Positions 36,149-44,907 of a DNA stretch of 64,000 nt are shown here, piece after piece. Both the position numbers and the translations under genes were made by a program. Source of the stretch: Spirochaetia bacterium (GTDB lineage Bacteria; Spirochaetota; Spirochaetia; Treponematales; UBA12059); assembly GCA_034003955.1 (NCBI GenBank), contig JAVEXO010000001.1, positions 72,756-136,755 of the forward strand, read 5' to 3'. The notes beneath the pieces were generated by a model that did no database searches, was not told the DNA's origin, and was given only the letters and a program-made list of their open reading frames with translations. How positions within the stretch are numbered: the first letter of the stretch is position 1; each line of letters begins with the position of its first letter.

Positions 36149-36702
36149 TTCTGGCCGAATCAGAAGCGGCTGACGAGGACATAATCGCCAAGGTGCTGGA
36201 CGGAGATACCGATGCATTCTCTGCCTTGGTACGGCGCTACCAGAAGAGGATTCTGAGGCTTGGATACGGTTTCTTCAAGGATTCAGACGAGGCCGAGGAC
36301 TTCGCACAGGACGTATTCCTCAAGGCCTTCGTCGCCCTGGCCGGTTTCAAGGGGCGTTCCAGCTTCTCTACCTGGCTAACGAGGATTGCATACAACACCG
36401 GCATCAATGCAAAACGTAAGGCTGGACGCTATGAACCCATGGATTCCGATCCTGTCGATGTGAAGTCGCTGTCTCCAGAGGATGCTCATATCCGCGCGGA
36501 GACAGCCATAGCCCTCAGGAAGGCCATGGCTAGCCTACCTGAGAAATATGCCGTATGTCTTGAGCTGTACTTCAAGGAATGCCTCAAGTATGAGGATATT
36601 GGAGAGGTTACCGGGTTCCCGGTAAATACTATAAAGTCGCACGTGTTCAGGGCCAAGCGCGACCTACGTAAGGCCTTAGCCTCAGAGGAGGGAACGATAT
36701 GA
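36145..36702 (+). CDS. ECF-family RNA polymerase sigma factor
   Basis: Region 2: FSALVRRYQKRILRLGYGFFKDSDEAEDFAQDVFLKAF. Region 4: LPEKYAVCLELYFKECLKYEDIGEVTGFPVNTIKSHVFRAKRDL. Confidence 0.88.
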   Translation: MILAESEAADEDIIAKVLDGDTDAFSALVRRYQKRILRLGYGFFKDSDEAEDFAQDVFLKAFVALAGFKGRSSFSTWLTRIAYNTGINAKRKAGRYEPMDSDPVDVKSLSPEDAHIRAETAIALRKAMASLPEKYAVCLELYFKECLKYEDIGEVTGFPVNTIKSHVFRAKRDLRKALASEEGTI

Positions 36703-37163
36703 CCTGCCAACGATTCTTGGCTCAGTTAGATGCACTCGACAATGAGGCCATGGGCATAGACATGATAGCACACGCCCGCTCCTGCCAGGTTTGTGCTCAT
36801 GAGTACGAGATCCTCAGGGCCGCCCTCGAGCTCTACCAGCTGCCTGATAGGGTAGGATCCACCGATCTGGTGCCTGGTATCATGGCCCAGCTTCAATACC
36901 TGAGCCCCCCAAGACGGGCCATATCTATGCGCAACTGGGTTCTGTCGGGTTTCATAATCCTCGTCTCTATCATCATCGTTCCTATGCTGTCTGATTTTAG
37001 AGCCTTGAGGTCGGTCTATGGTGCCGGGTTTACCCTGCCTCTGGCCCTCATGTTTGGGGTGCTCGTCACGCTCTACGCCGGTATATTCGTCATGAGCCAC
37101 CTTGATGATTTTTCGCGTCGTCTCAAGGACTACCAGAACAATCAGGCAACCAGGGTGGCCTAG
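36699..37163 (+). CDS. membrane anti-sigma factor (zf-HC2 type)
   Basis: ATGA overlap with the sigma gene. N-terminal CQRFLAQLDA...HARSCQVCAHE (H-x3-C-x2-C), followed by TM segments. Confidence 0.75.
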   Translation: MTCQRFLAQLDALDNEAMGIDMIAHARSCQVCAHEYEILRAALELYQLPDRVGSTDLVPGIMAQLQYLSPPRRAISMRNWVLSGFIILVSIIIVPMLSDFRALRSVYGAGFTLPLALMFGVLVTLYAGIFVMSHLDDFSRRLKDYQNNQATRVA

Positions 37164-37654
37164 TCGCCTTCCTTTATTATCTCAATCTTGATGCCTTCGT
37201 TGGGTTCGTCTGATTCTTTAGGGGGAACGGAAACGCGCAGTATGCCGTTCCTGAAAATGGCCTTGACGGCTGTTTGGTCAAATTTTTCGGCAGGGACGTA
37301 GTATTTCTGTTTGTCGATGTCCTTGAGCTTGAGTCTACGTTTGAAGTATCGGACACCTTCCTCCGGGGAGGCTTCGAGGCCTATCCTGGCAGAGAAGACC
37401 ATGTAGTCACCCTGGAATGAGAGGCTTATGTCCTTCTCGTCGAAACCAGCCAGGGCAAACTCAAAGATCATGGACCTGTCTTGTGTGAGGAATATGTTCA
37501 TGGGCGGGTAAGAGAAGCTGGGGTACCAGTCGGATGTATCGTCCTGACCACCGGGCCCGTAGTTGTCCTTCATCTGGTCGCCGAAGCTCTTGGCTGCATC
37601 AAAAATTTCATCGAGCATCGAACCGATGTCGACATACATGCGGTTACCTTTCAT
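37160..37654 (-). CDS. Hsp20/alpha-crystallin family small heat-shock protein
   Basis: Alpha-crystallin domain DISLSFQGDYMVFSA, YFKRRLKL, AIFRNGILRVSVPPK. Confidence 0.85.
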   Translation of the reverse strand: MKGNRMYVDIGSMLDEIFDAAKSFGDQMKDNYGPGGQDDTSDWYPSFSYPPMNIFLTQDRSMIFEFALAGFDEKDISLSFQGDYMVFSARIGLEASPEEGVRYFKRRLKLKDIDKQKYYVPAEKFDQTAVKAIFRNGILRVSVPPKESDEPNEGIKIEIIKEGD

Positions 37655-37756
37655 ACGATTTCCCCTTTAAGGCGATATCAAATGCCCCTCCGTACGGAGC
37701 GAGCCATGGTTAACCCAAGGGCGTTCACCCGTACTAAACAATACGGATGCTCTGAT

Positions 37757-37796
37757 AAAAAAGCAAGTCCGGACTCTCCTTTAGGAAAGTCCGGAC
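37757..37796 (-). terminator. rho-independent terminator after the 5'-nucleotidase gene
   Basis: Minus strand: GTCCGGAC, a 14-nt loop, GTCCGGAC, then TTGCTTTTTT. Confidence 0.5.
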
Positions 37797-37842
37797 CATA
37801 GGCGTTAAGCATGCGCTTAACGTCCCACTGCTGTTGCGGGTA

Positions 37843-39723
37843 TTACTTCTTGGGTGGGTACATCATCGGGTAGGAGTTGATCCTGCCGGCAGCGGCCCAG
37901 TCCTCAGGAATGACCTTCCAGTTGTTGTCTGTCTTGACTTCGATCGGTCCTGTCTGCTTCTCAAACCACTTGAGCATGTAGAAACGCAGATCCTTGGTGG
38001 TGCTGGAGGTAACGAGCTTTAGTTTTTGTAGATCCTCGGCGGGGAGGCCGACACCCTTGGTTAGATGTGCGCCACCACCAGATGCACGGTAGGAGTTGAT
38101 GGCTACCGAGTATGTCTTGGTCAGTTCGAACGGAGAGCCATCGCTCATCGAGATGACCTTTATTCGGGAACCCATGGGCTTGGATACGTCAACCGTGTAG
38201 TTGATGCCTGCAAGGGCATCGTAGTTATACGGCCTGGTGATAGTGTCATAGCTATCGTAGCGGGCGTTATAAACGTATGTACCGTCCTTGTTCTTGGCAA
38301 AGGCGATGAGTGAGTCTTGGGGGCCTGTCATGGTGGCAAACTGACTGCCGTAGTTGAATTCCATGAACTTGATGATCTGCTCGCCGGTAAGGTTCATCGT
38401 GTACATGAAGTTTTCATACTTGTACAGGCTGAACATGTCGCGAACCTTGATGGTACCGTCAGCCGTGGTAGGCAGGTAGGCATACTGGTCGAGTGGGGCG
38501 GCTATCGATATCTGGGCAGGCTTGAGACCCATGGTCGGGTCGGCGCAGAGCTCGAGCTGGATACGGTTTATAAGGTCTACGAAGGCGGAGTCGCCGAACA
38601 TGGCCTCGTCGCTCTTGATGGAACCAATCATCTTGCCAATGGGGCGCTCTACCCAGGCCATGAGCTCCGCCTTGGCGGGCTCGAACTTGGCAAGGAAGGC
38701 GGCGTCTGCGGCCACGCCCTTCATGGATACGAGTGAGCCGTTTGTGGCCTTCTTCCAGGCTTTGGCTTCCTTGTCCCAGGTCAGGCTGACGTTGACGACG
38801 GCTACGTTCTGAGCTCCGGCGAGTGCACCATATATCGGGACGTTCTTTCCGGAGGGGCTCTTTACAGCGACGTCCTTGGTTTTGGTCTCGGGGTTATAGC
38901 CAAGACCTTCCCATCCTGAGTGATCGTGTCCCACGAAGATGATGTCGAAGCCTTCTACCTGCTCGGCTACGAGCTGGCTGGCGCTCTCGTTCTTCGGTGT
39001 ATCTCTGGTCTGGCCACCATAGGTGTAGTCGACGCCGGCGTGGAAGAGGCCGATGAGCAGGTCCGGCTTCTCCTTCTCCTGGATGATTGGAACCCATTTC
39101 TTGGCTGTCTCTACCATGCCAAGAATGTCCATGCCTTCCCAGAATGCCTTGGGCAGCTGTTCGGTGATCTTAGGCTCAATCATGCCCAGGATTGCTATCT
39201 TGACGCCCTGACGGGTTACGATGGCGTACGGAGGGAAATAGGGCTCGTCGGTGCCTTCCTTGTTTATGTTGGCACAAATCATCGGTGCCTTGACTTCCTT
39301 GGCAAGCTTGTCATAGACGGCATGTCCTGCCTCTATGTCATGGTTGCCAATGGTAGCCACATCGTACTCCAGGTAGTTGAGCACATCGCCCCAGATATGT
39401 GGAACATTGGTCTTCTCAAAGTTGTAGTAGTATACGGTCGGTTGGCCTTGGAGCACGTCACCGTCGTCCATCAAGACAACTTCTCCGCCCTTGGCCCGTT
39501 CCTGGGCCACGAGTGTGGCTACCTGGGCCATAGACGTATCGAGGGTCCTGCCGGTTATGAAATCGTAGGGGAATATGGCCCCGTGGATATCGGTGGTCTC
39601 TATGAATGTGATAGTAAGCGGAGTCTCGGCAAACTTTTCAAAGGGGTGGGCGCACGAAGCGATCGAAAAAACAATCGCCAATGCCGCTATCACCGCAAAA
39701 AACGTTCCGAACGACTTTCTCAT
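37843..39723 (-). CDS. bifunctional metallophosphatase/5'-nucleotidase (UshA/CpdB-like) lipoprotein
   Basis: Lipobox FSIASC. TTDIHG, DDGDVLQG, GNHD, VGHDH, then a 5'-nucleotidase C-terminal domain. Confidence 0.85.
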   Translation of the reverse strand: MRKSFGTFFAVIAALAIVFSIASCAHPFEKFAETPLTITFIETTDIHGAIFPYDFITGRTLDTSMAQVATLVAQERAKGGEVVLMDDGDVLQGQPTVYYYNFEKTNVPHIWGDVLNYLEYDVATIGNHDIEAGHAVYDKLAKEVKAPMICANINKEGTDEPYFPPYAIVTRQGVKIAILGMIEPKITEQLPKAFWEGMDILGMVETAKKWVPIIQEKEKPDLLIGLFHAGVDYTYGGQTRDTPKNESASQLVAEQVEGFDIIFVGHDHSGWEGLGYNPETKTKDVAVKSPSGKNVPIYGALAGAQNVAVVNVSLTWDKEAKAWKKATNGSLVSMKGVAADAAFLAKFEPAKAELMAWVERPIGKMIGSIKSDEAMFGDSAFVDLINRIQLELCADPTMGLKPAQISIAAPLDQYAYLPTTADGTIKVRDMFSLYKYENFMYTMNLTGEQIIKFMEFNYGSQFATMTGPQDSLIAFAKNKDGTYVYNARYDSYDTITRPYNYDALAGINYTVDVSKPMGSRIKVISMSDGSPFELTKTYSVAINSYRASGGGAHLTKGVGLPAEDLQKLKLVTSSTTKDLRFYMLKWFEKQTGPIEVKTDNNWKVIPEDWAAAGRINSYPMMYPPKK

Positions 39724-39834
39724 TGGTTCCTCCTTAACATGTTTCCTTCATTACAATGGAAGGGGTATTAAGTATATACCCTTAATCGGTTTCAAGGAAG
39801 GAGAAAGAAAAAATCCTATCAGAAAAGATGGTTG

Positions 39835-40362
39835 CTATAGATGGTTCGCGCTATCCAGGCTTTTAACCATGGCCGCGGCCTTCTCTTTTTCATCGGGTAG
39901 GTCTAGCTCGTCACAGACATCGCGCAGGTTAAACCATGCATCACGATACCCAGGCCGCGCCTGTATGGCTCGCTCGAAGTACCATTTGGCCTCGTCGAAT
40001 TGTGATCGGGCGAACATGACGACTCCCAGGTTGTTGGCGGCCTCGGGATGGTTTGGATCGAGCTTGAGTGCACGGCGATACCAATCCTCTGCTTCTCTTG
40101 CCCTTCCAAGGTCGAACAGGGCTAGCCCCATGTTGCAGAGGAGATCGGCATTAGACTGCCCTAGGTCTAAGGCTTCTTCGAAGGCCTTTAATGCATCATG
40201 GCAACGGCCTTCGCGCAGGCGTGCCAGGCCCAGGTTGAATGCCAGCTCTGGTGATGCAGGATCCTTCCGCCTGGCGGCCAGGAATGCCTCTGCCGCCTTC
40301 TCGTTGTGACCCGACTCAAGATAGCGTATGCCATCATTAACATGGGTATGTACATCGTCCAT
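39835..40362 (-). CDS. tetratricopeptide-repeat protein
   Basis: Four to five TPR units, e.g. AEDWYRRALKLDPNHPEAANNLGVV and AKWYFERAIQARPGYRDAWFNL. Confidence 0.8.
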   Translation of the reverse strand: MDDVHTHVNDGIRYLESGHNEKAAEAFLAARRKDPASPELAFNLGLARLREGRCHDALKAFEEALDLGQSNADLLCNMGLALFDLGRAREAEDWYRRALKLDPNHPEAANNLGVVMFARSQFDEAKWYFERAIQARPGYRDAWFNLRDVCDELDLPDEKEKAAAMVKSLDSANHL

Positions 40363-40394
40363 ATCCTAAACATAATGCCTAGCGCGCGTTAAAG

Positions 40395-40943
40395 CTATAA
40401 GCCGAGTAGTTTTGGTAGATATATTCCAGCTACGATCAATCCTCCGGCAGGCAGTACGCCCAATACGATGGCGTCAATTACCGGTCCAGCCTTTTTCATG
40501 CCTGATAATGCATTGGCAAGGAATATGGCTATAATGCCGGCAGTGAGGTTCAAGGCGTCGTAGGAGAGGAATGGAGCGCGATGTGCCAAATTATAGAGCC
40601 AGCGCATGAATCCTATGTCGAGCGCTATGGAGAAATAGAGGAAGCTGAGGGCGTAGCCTATGAGCACCGGCGTATAGCGCTGGTCCGACCCAAAGAAGAT
40701 GCGCAGGAATAGTACTACATAAAAATAAATGACCAAGGCTATGGGTGATCCCCACCATCCAAGCCTGGTCGATAGCAGCTCCTGGAGCTGCGGCAGCTTG
40801 AACATGGCGAGGACAGGAGGGGCAAGGAGAGCGAAGGCCAGCCAGCCTATGATGTTGAATATCTTCTGTCTTGTCTTGCCACCAGGACCCGTGCCTCCGC
40901 GTGTCACGGGGATATCCTGCTCTGGATTCTTTGTATCGCTCAT
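40395..40943 (-). CDS. hypothetical 4-5 TM membrane protein
   Basis: 182 aa with a hydrophilic N-terminus followed by hydrophobic spans. No motif recognised. Confidence 0.5.
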   Translation of the reverse strand: MSDTKNPEQDIPVTRGGTGPGGKTRQKIFNIIGWLAFALLAPPVLAMFKLPQLQELLSTRLGWWGSPIALVIYFYVVLFLRIFFGSDQRYTPVLIGYALSFLYFSIALDIGFMRWLYNLAHRAPFLSYDALNLTAGIIAIFLANALSGMKKAGPVIDAIVLGVLPAGGLIVAGIYLPKLLGL

Positions 40944-41080
40944 GCTACGTCCTTTCCATGGCGCTCAGGCTCCCTAATGGCCAACACGGAAGCCAGCCTT
41001 GAATATACAACTATGAAGACAGACATACAAAGGCTCCTTAAGCCTGGTATGCGCCGTTCGTCTCTACGATTCGTAGAGAG

Positions 41081-42382
41081 TCATGAGCGTTGGGTATAGA
41101 GAACGGCTGAGAGGGTGAACAAACCCTCTTTGCAGTCAAAGTCCAGGTAGCCGTTGTAGCGCTCTACAACGGTCCTGACGCTTTCTATCCCCACTCCGCC
41201 AGGAGATCCCTTGCTGGAAAGAAAGCTGTCGCCACGTCGTAGGATAGAGCCGTCATGGGAGTTTTCTATCCTGAGTATGAGCCTGCCATCCTTGGCCCTG
41301 GATTTCATTGTGATGTGCCGCTTGTCAAAGAATGCAGAATCAGGCTCGATGCGTTGGCAGGCCTCTATTGCGTTCTCCAGGCTGTTGCCGAATACGGTGC
41401 ATAGATCGTAATCGTCTATGGCTATGTCTTGGGGCAGGTCGAGTTCGACCGACACGTATATACCCGAATCCTCTGCCATCTTGATGTAGCCGCCTATCAC
41501 GGCGTTGGCTATGACGTTGTCGCAGTAACGCGTGGTAAAGCTCTGGCCGGATTTTAGAAGTAGCGTACTCAGGTAGTCGGCGAGCGACCCGTATTCCCTG
41601 GCTCCCAAGAGGGCATCCATGGCTACGAGGTGGTGGCGTGTGTCGTGCGCCAGCTTTCTTTGTGCGCGTTCACCAAGCTCTATCTGCTCGTAGTATTTCT
41701 TCTGCAAGCGGACGTAGCGCTCCGCGTTCTCGAGCCTCGCCTCGGCTCTCATCCTGTCGAATACCGCGTAGATCTGGGAGAAGAGCAAATAATAGCTGAA
41801 CAGCACGATGGCCTCGAAGAGGACCATGATGGCGAACCAGTAGGGCGTCCTAAGGCTATTGGTCGGACCAAAGAGAATGTTGAACACCACGAAGGTAAGA
41901 ACCGGGTACAAGGCGTAGAACGGGGTCCCGCGCTGGAATATAGACAGCATATCCTTGACCCTTACGCGCCAGAATCTCAGGTATACGGGAATAATAATAA
42001 GATAGCCGGAGGCGTACAGTACATAGCGTAGTATCGTCGCGCTCTCGCTCCTCCCAGCGATCCAGAAGGCTATCCAGCCAAAGACAGACGACAGAAAGCT
42101 GGTGATGCCCCACACTATGAAGTACAGGAAAATTTTCTGGGACAGGCTTTCCTCGAAGAGGTAGAGACAGGCGAGCAGGTAGGCTGCTGTAAGCAGGTAA
42201 AAGGTTGCGTAGTCTTTAACACCAAGGTCATTGAGGAGGAAGAGGCCCCCGTAGACAAGGATCAGGGATACGGATCGCACGAGCAAATGGACAAGAGATG
42301 GCTTCTTACTCGTGAGGGTGGAGTATTCTATAATCAACTGGGCTATAAGCGTTATCGTCGGAATTACAGGAGTGAATAGCAT
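41081..42382 (-). CDS. AgrC/LytS-like (HPK10-type) membrane sensor histidine kinase
   Basis: ORF track runs to 42487. ATG 42382 has an AAAGGGGAAG SD (MLFTPVIP...). About 6 TM. H-box KLAHDTRHHL, N-box FGNSLENAIEAC, G-box GGVGIESV. Confidence 0.8.
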   Translation of the reverse strand: MLFTPVIPTITLIAQLIIEYSTLTSKKPSLVHLLVRSVSLILVYGGLFLLNDLGVKDYATFYLLTAAYLLACLYLFEESLSQKIFLYFIVWGITSFLSSVFGWIAFWIAGRSESATILRYVLYASGYLIIIPVYLRFWRVRVKDMLSIFQRGTPFYALYPVLTFVVFNILFGPTNSLRTPYWFAIMVLFEAIVLFSYYLLFSQIYAVFDRMRAEARLENAERYVRLQKKYYEQIELGERAQRKLAHDTRHHLVAMDALLGAREYGSLADYLSTLLLKSGQSFTTRYCDNVIANAVIGGYIKMAEDSGIYVSVELDLPQDIAIDDYDLCTVFGNSLENAIEACQRIEPDSAFFDKRHITMKSRAKDGRLILRIENSHDGSILRRGDSFLSSKGSPGGVGIESVRTVVERYNGYLDFDCKEGLFTLSAVLYTQRS

Positions 42383-42439
42383 GGTGTCTTCCCCTTTCAT
42401 CCTGTTCATATACCACGGTACGTGGTATATCAATACTAT

Positions 42440-43156
42440 ATGATCAGGATCGGGCTGTGCGACGATGAAAAACCGGATCTCGACCATCTGCGCTGTCTCG
42501 TTGAGGCGTGCGCTAGAGACAAGGGCATCTCTTTTGGCATAGCGGAGTTCGGATCAGGAGAAGATCTGCTTTTCGCCATAGGCAAGGGAGAAGGCTTCGA
42601 TATCATTTTTCTAGACGTGTACATGGGGTTGGCCAACGGCGTAGACATAGCCCGTGAAATTCGCGAATTCGACGTTTCCTGCTCTATCATCTTTGCGACC
42701 AATTCCCGGGAACACGCCATTGATGGGTATGGTGTTCATGCCCTTCAGTACCTGCTTAAACCCCTGACTGAAAAGAACGTCTCTATGGCCTTGGAGCTTG
42801 CCTTGGAATCCATCTCCCGCGGGAAGAACGGATGCATCCAGCTTAGCAACAAGGTGGGTACTTATCGTATCCTGCTCAGTGAGATCCTGTACGCTGAGAG
42901 TAATGCCAGGATCGTTTCCGTACATTGCCAGAAGCGAGGGGCGCTGGATTTTTACATTAGACTGGACGATTTCGAGCGCCTCTGCGACGACAACCGCTTT
43001 ATCCGCTGTCATAAGAGTTTCCTCGTCAATCTTGACTATGTGCATACGATTTCTGGTCATAGTCTGATCCTTGAAACGGGAGAGGAGATTAGAATGTCCA
43101 TGCGAGCCTCGACTGCGAAAAGCCTCTTCGCTGCCCACCTGGCACGGACCATCTGA
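42440..43156 (+). CDS. LytTR-family response regulator
   Basis: Receiver (IGLCDDE..., IIFLDVYM) plus a LytTR DNA-binding domain (ILYAESNARIVSVH...FIRCHKSFLVNLDYV). Start uncertain (GTG 42422 or ATG 42440). Confidence 0.85.
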   Translation: MIRIGLCDDEKPDLDHLRCLVEACARDKGISFGIAEFGSGEDLLFAIGKGEGFDIIFLDVYMGLANGVDIAREIREFDVSCSIIFATNSREHAIDGYGVHALQYLLKPLTEKNVSMALELALESISRGKNGCIQLSNKVGTYRILLSEILYAESNARIVSVHCQKRGALDFYIRLDDFERLCDDNRFIRCHKSFLVNLDYVHTISGHSLILETGEEIRMSMRASTAKSLFAAHLARTI

Positions 43157-43172
43157 TAAATTGTAGGGAGAT

Positions 43173-43976
43173 TCAGGGTGCGCCTGCCGGCCCGAGGAAC
43201 TCCACTATTCGCCGTATGACGTCCAGCCTATCCGGGCCCAGGAGCAGGTTGTGTTCTCCTGTAGCGTATCGGTGGCTAATCTCTATAGATACAATCCGCT
43301 CTGCTGCCTTTTCACACGCATCCGGGTCGGCGATCATGTCAGCGGCCGTATAGAGCAGCATCGTTGGCATGCGAACGAGATCCAAAACGAGAGTGGATCG
43401 CTTTGCGGCCAACAGAAGCTGCTTTACACTATATAAGGGCATGGCGGGATACCCGAATCGGGTGTGATCCAGGCCATCGCCCGCTGGTTTTCGCCTTGGT
43501 AGCTGGATCATGACATCATCTGCCGCAAAAAAACCAGTCCCGTAGTATCGCTTGTCTTTGAGCCCATAGCCGGGTGCCAGGAGAATCAGCCTGCCTACTC
43601 CTGCTCTGTTGGCGTTGTTTCCGGCGAGCCATGTGGCTATGGCACCCCCAAGTGACAGACCGATGATGTGTACCTTCCTGTAGCAGTCTAGTAGACGCTC
43701 AAGCTCGGCTGAGACGCCATAAAACCATGATCTCTCGCTCACGCCTCGAAGGTCTTCAGGCCTAGTACCGTGCCCTGCGAGTAGTGGAGCAGACACGTTA
43801 TAACCTAGATCGCTCAGCTCGTCCGCCAGAGGTAGATAGATGGCGGGACAACCGGTAAAACCATGTATACACAGGCAACACTCGTTCCCACCTGTGTCCC
43901 TGAAGAACGGAGCGCATTCAGGGGCGGCGTATGACGCTCCAGTTTCTGTTTTTTCCGATGAGATTGGCTTAGGCAT
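43173..43976 (-). CDS. alpha/beta hydrolase (carboxylesterase/monoacylglycerol-lysophospholipase-like)
   Basis: IHGFTGCP...GHGT and the nucleophile elbow IGLSLGG. 8-nt overlap with the upstream GDPD gene. Confidence 0.75.
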   Translation of the reverse strand: MPKPISSEKTETGASYAAPECAPFFRDTGGNECCLCIHGFTGCPAIYLPLADELSDLGYNVSAPLLAGHGTRPEDLRGVSERSWFYGVSAELERLLDCYRKVHIIGLSLGGAIATWLAGNNANRAGVGRLILLAPGYGLKDKRYYGTGFFAADDVMIQLPRRKPAGDGLDHTRFGYPAMPLYSVKQLLLAAKRSTLVLDLVRMPTMLLYTAADMIADPDACEKAAERIVSIEISHRYATGEHNLLLGPDRLDVIRRIVEFLGPAGAP

Positions 43977-44829
43977 TGAATCCCTCGAATATTATGGCGT
44001 CGTAACGCTTGAGTAGCTCCACTGCGTCTAAAGCCGTCCTGACCGTCCACACGGAGACGCGTGCTCCAAGAGCGCGGCATAGAGCAAGACATATTCCCGC
44101 GTCCTCAAAACGGTAGGAGATGAAGTGCGGTCTTCCTGCGAAATTATAGAGGAGGAATGATAGCATGACTCGACGATAGGCAGGGATGGCCAATGCACCA
44201 CGCTTTCCCAAGGCTGGAACGTAGCATGATAGACCCATAGCCAGCTGGCCGCGCATGACGCCTGGACGATTCTGCCTAAACCATTTGAGTATGTTGTAAT
44301 CGAAGCTCTCTATGACGAACGCTCCCGAGTACTCGTCCAAAAGGGCCATGGCCGCTGAACATAACGCGGCGGCTGCGTTCCAATCACTTCCTGGCAGGCT
44401 AGTCTTGAACTCCACAAGAAGCGGTACTCTACCACCTACCATTGAAAGGAATTCGCCGAATAGTGGAATAGTTTCATCGCTTTCCAGCAGCCTCTGCATC
44501 CTGAGTTCCGCCAGCGTCATCGATGATACCGATGCACTAAGCCCACACATTCTGTCGAGTGAGCCATCGTGAAAGACGACTACCTCGCCATCCTTTGTTA
44601 ATCGTACATCGAGTTCTATACCATACCCTTCATCTATAGCCGCCCTAAAAGCTTCCATGGAGTTTTCAGGAGCGTTGCCCTGGTTGTTGAATAAGCCGCG
44701 ATGTGCATATTTCATTCCAGAAAGTCGCGTCTCCATGGACAGCAAGAGTCGGCCAGGAGCTAGTAGCCAAAGGAATACTATGGAAGCCGCGATCGCCGAG
44801 CCGGCCAGAATCAATAAGAATACGATCAT
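43969..44829 (-). CDS. membrane-anchored glycerophosphodiester phosphodiesterase (GDPD family)
   Basis: N-terminal TM. YAHRG...PENS, GIELDVRLTKDGEVVVFHD. Confidence 0.85.
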   Translation of the reverse strand: MIVFLLILAGSAIAASIVFLWLLAPGRLLLSMETRLSGMKYAHRGLFNNQGNAPENSMEAFRAAIDEGYGIELDVRLTKDGEVVVFHDGSLDRMCGLSASVSSMTLAELRMQRLLESDETIPLFGEFLSMVGGRVPLLVEFKTSLPGSDWNAAAALCSAAMALLDEYSGAFVIESFDYNILKWFRQNRPGVMRGQLAMGLSCYVPALGKRGALAIPAYRRVMLSFLLYNFAGRPHFISYRFEDAGICLALCRALGARVSVWTVRTALDAVELLKRYDAIIFEGFNA

Positions 44830-44866
44830 GGGAGACCTTTCATGCCGACAAGCGGTTTATCGGAAA

Positions 44867-44900
44867 CGGCACGGCGTCCTTTTGCGAAGGCGCCGTGCCG
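44867..44900 (-). terminator. stem-loop between the MFS and GDPD genes (terminator/attenuator)
   Basis: Minus strand: CGGCACGGCG-14 nt-CGCCGTGCCG followed by TTTCC. Confidence 0.5.
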
Positions 44901-44907
44901 AGATAGA

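Noticed and set aside
38920-39771. Long antisense ORFs opposite well-supported genes: 38920..39771 (283 aa, opposite the 5'-nucleotidase), 39575..40309 (244 aa), 4517..5161 (214 aa), 22532..23281 (249 aa), 23836..24492 (218 aa) and 21715..22317 (200 aa).
   Set aside because: Each lies entirely within a gene on the other strand that has clear family motifs. Their translations are low-complexity or Arg/Ser/Pro-rich with no motifs or SDs. These are typical shadow ORFs of GC-rich coding sequence.
41023-41109. A 28-codon plus-strand ORF (MKTDIQRLLKPGMRRSSLRFVESHERWV) next to the AgrC-like kinase, as an AgrD-like signal peptide precursor.
   Set aside because: It has no SD, it overlaps the 3' end of the kinase gene on the opposite strand, and it has no amphipathic leader or Cys/Ser thiolactone-type motif.
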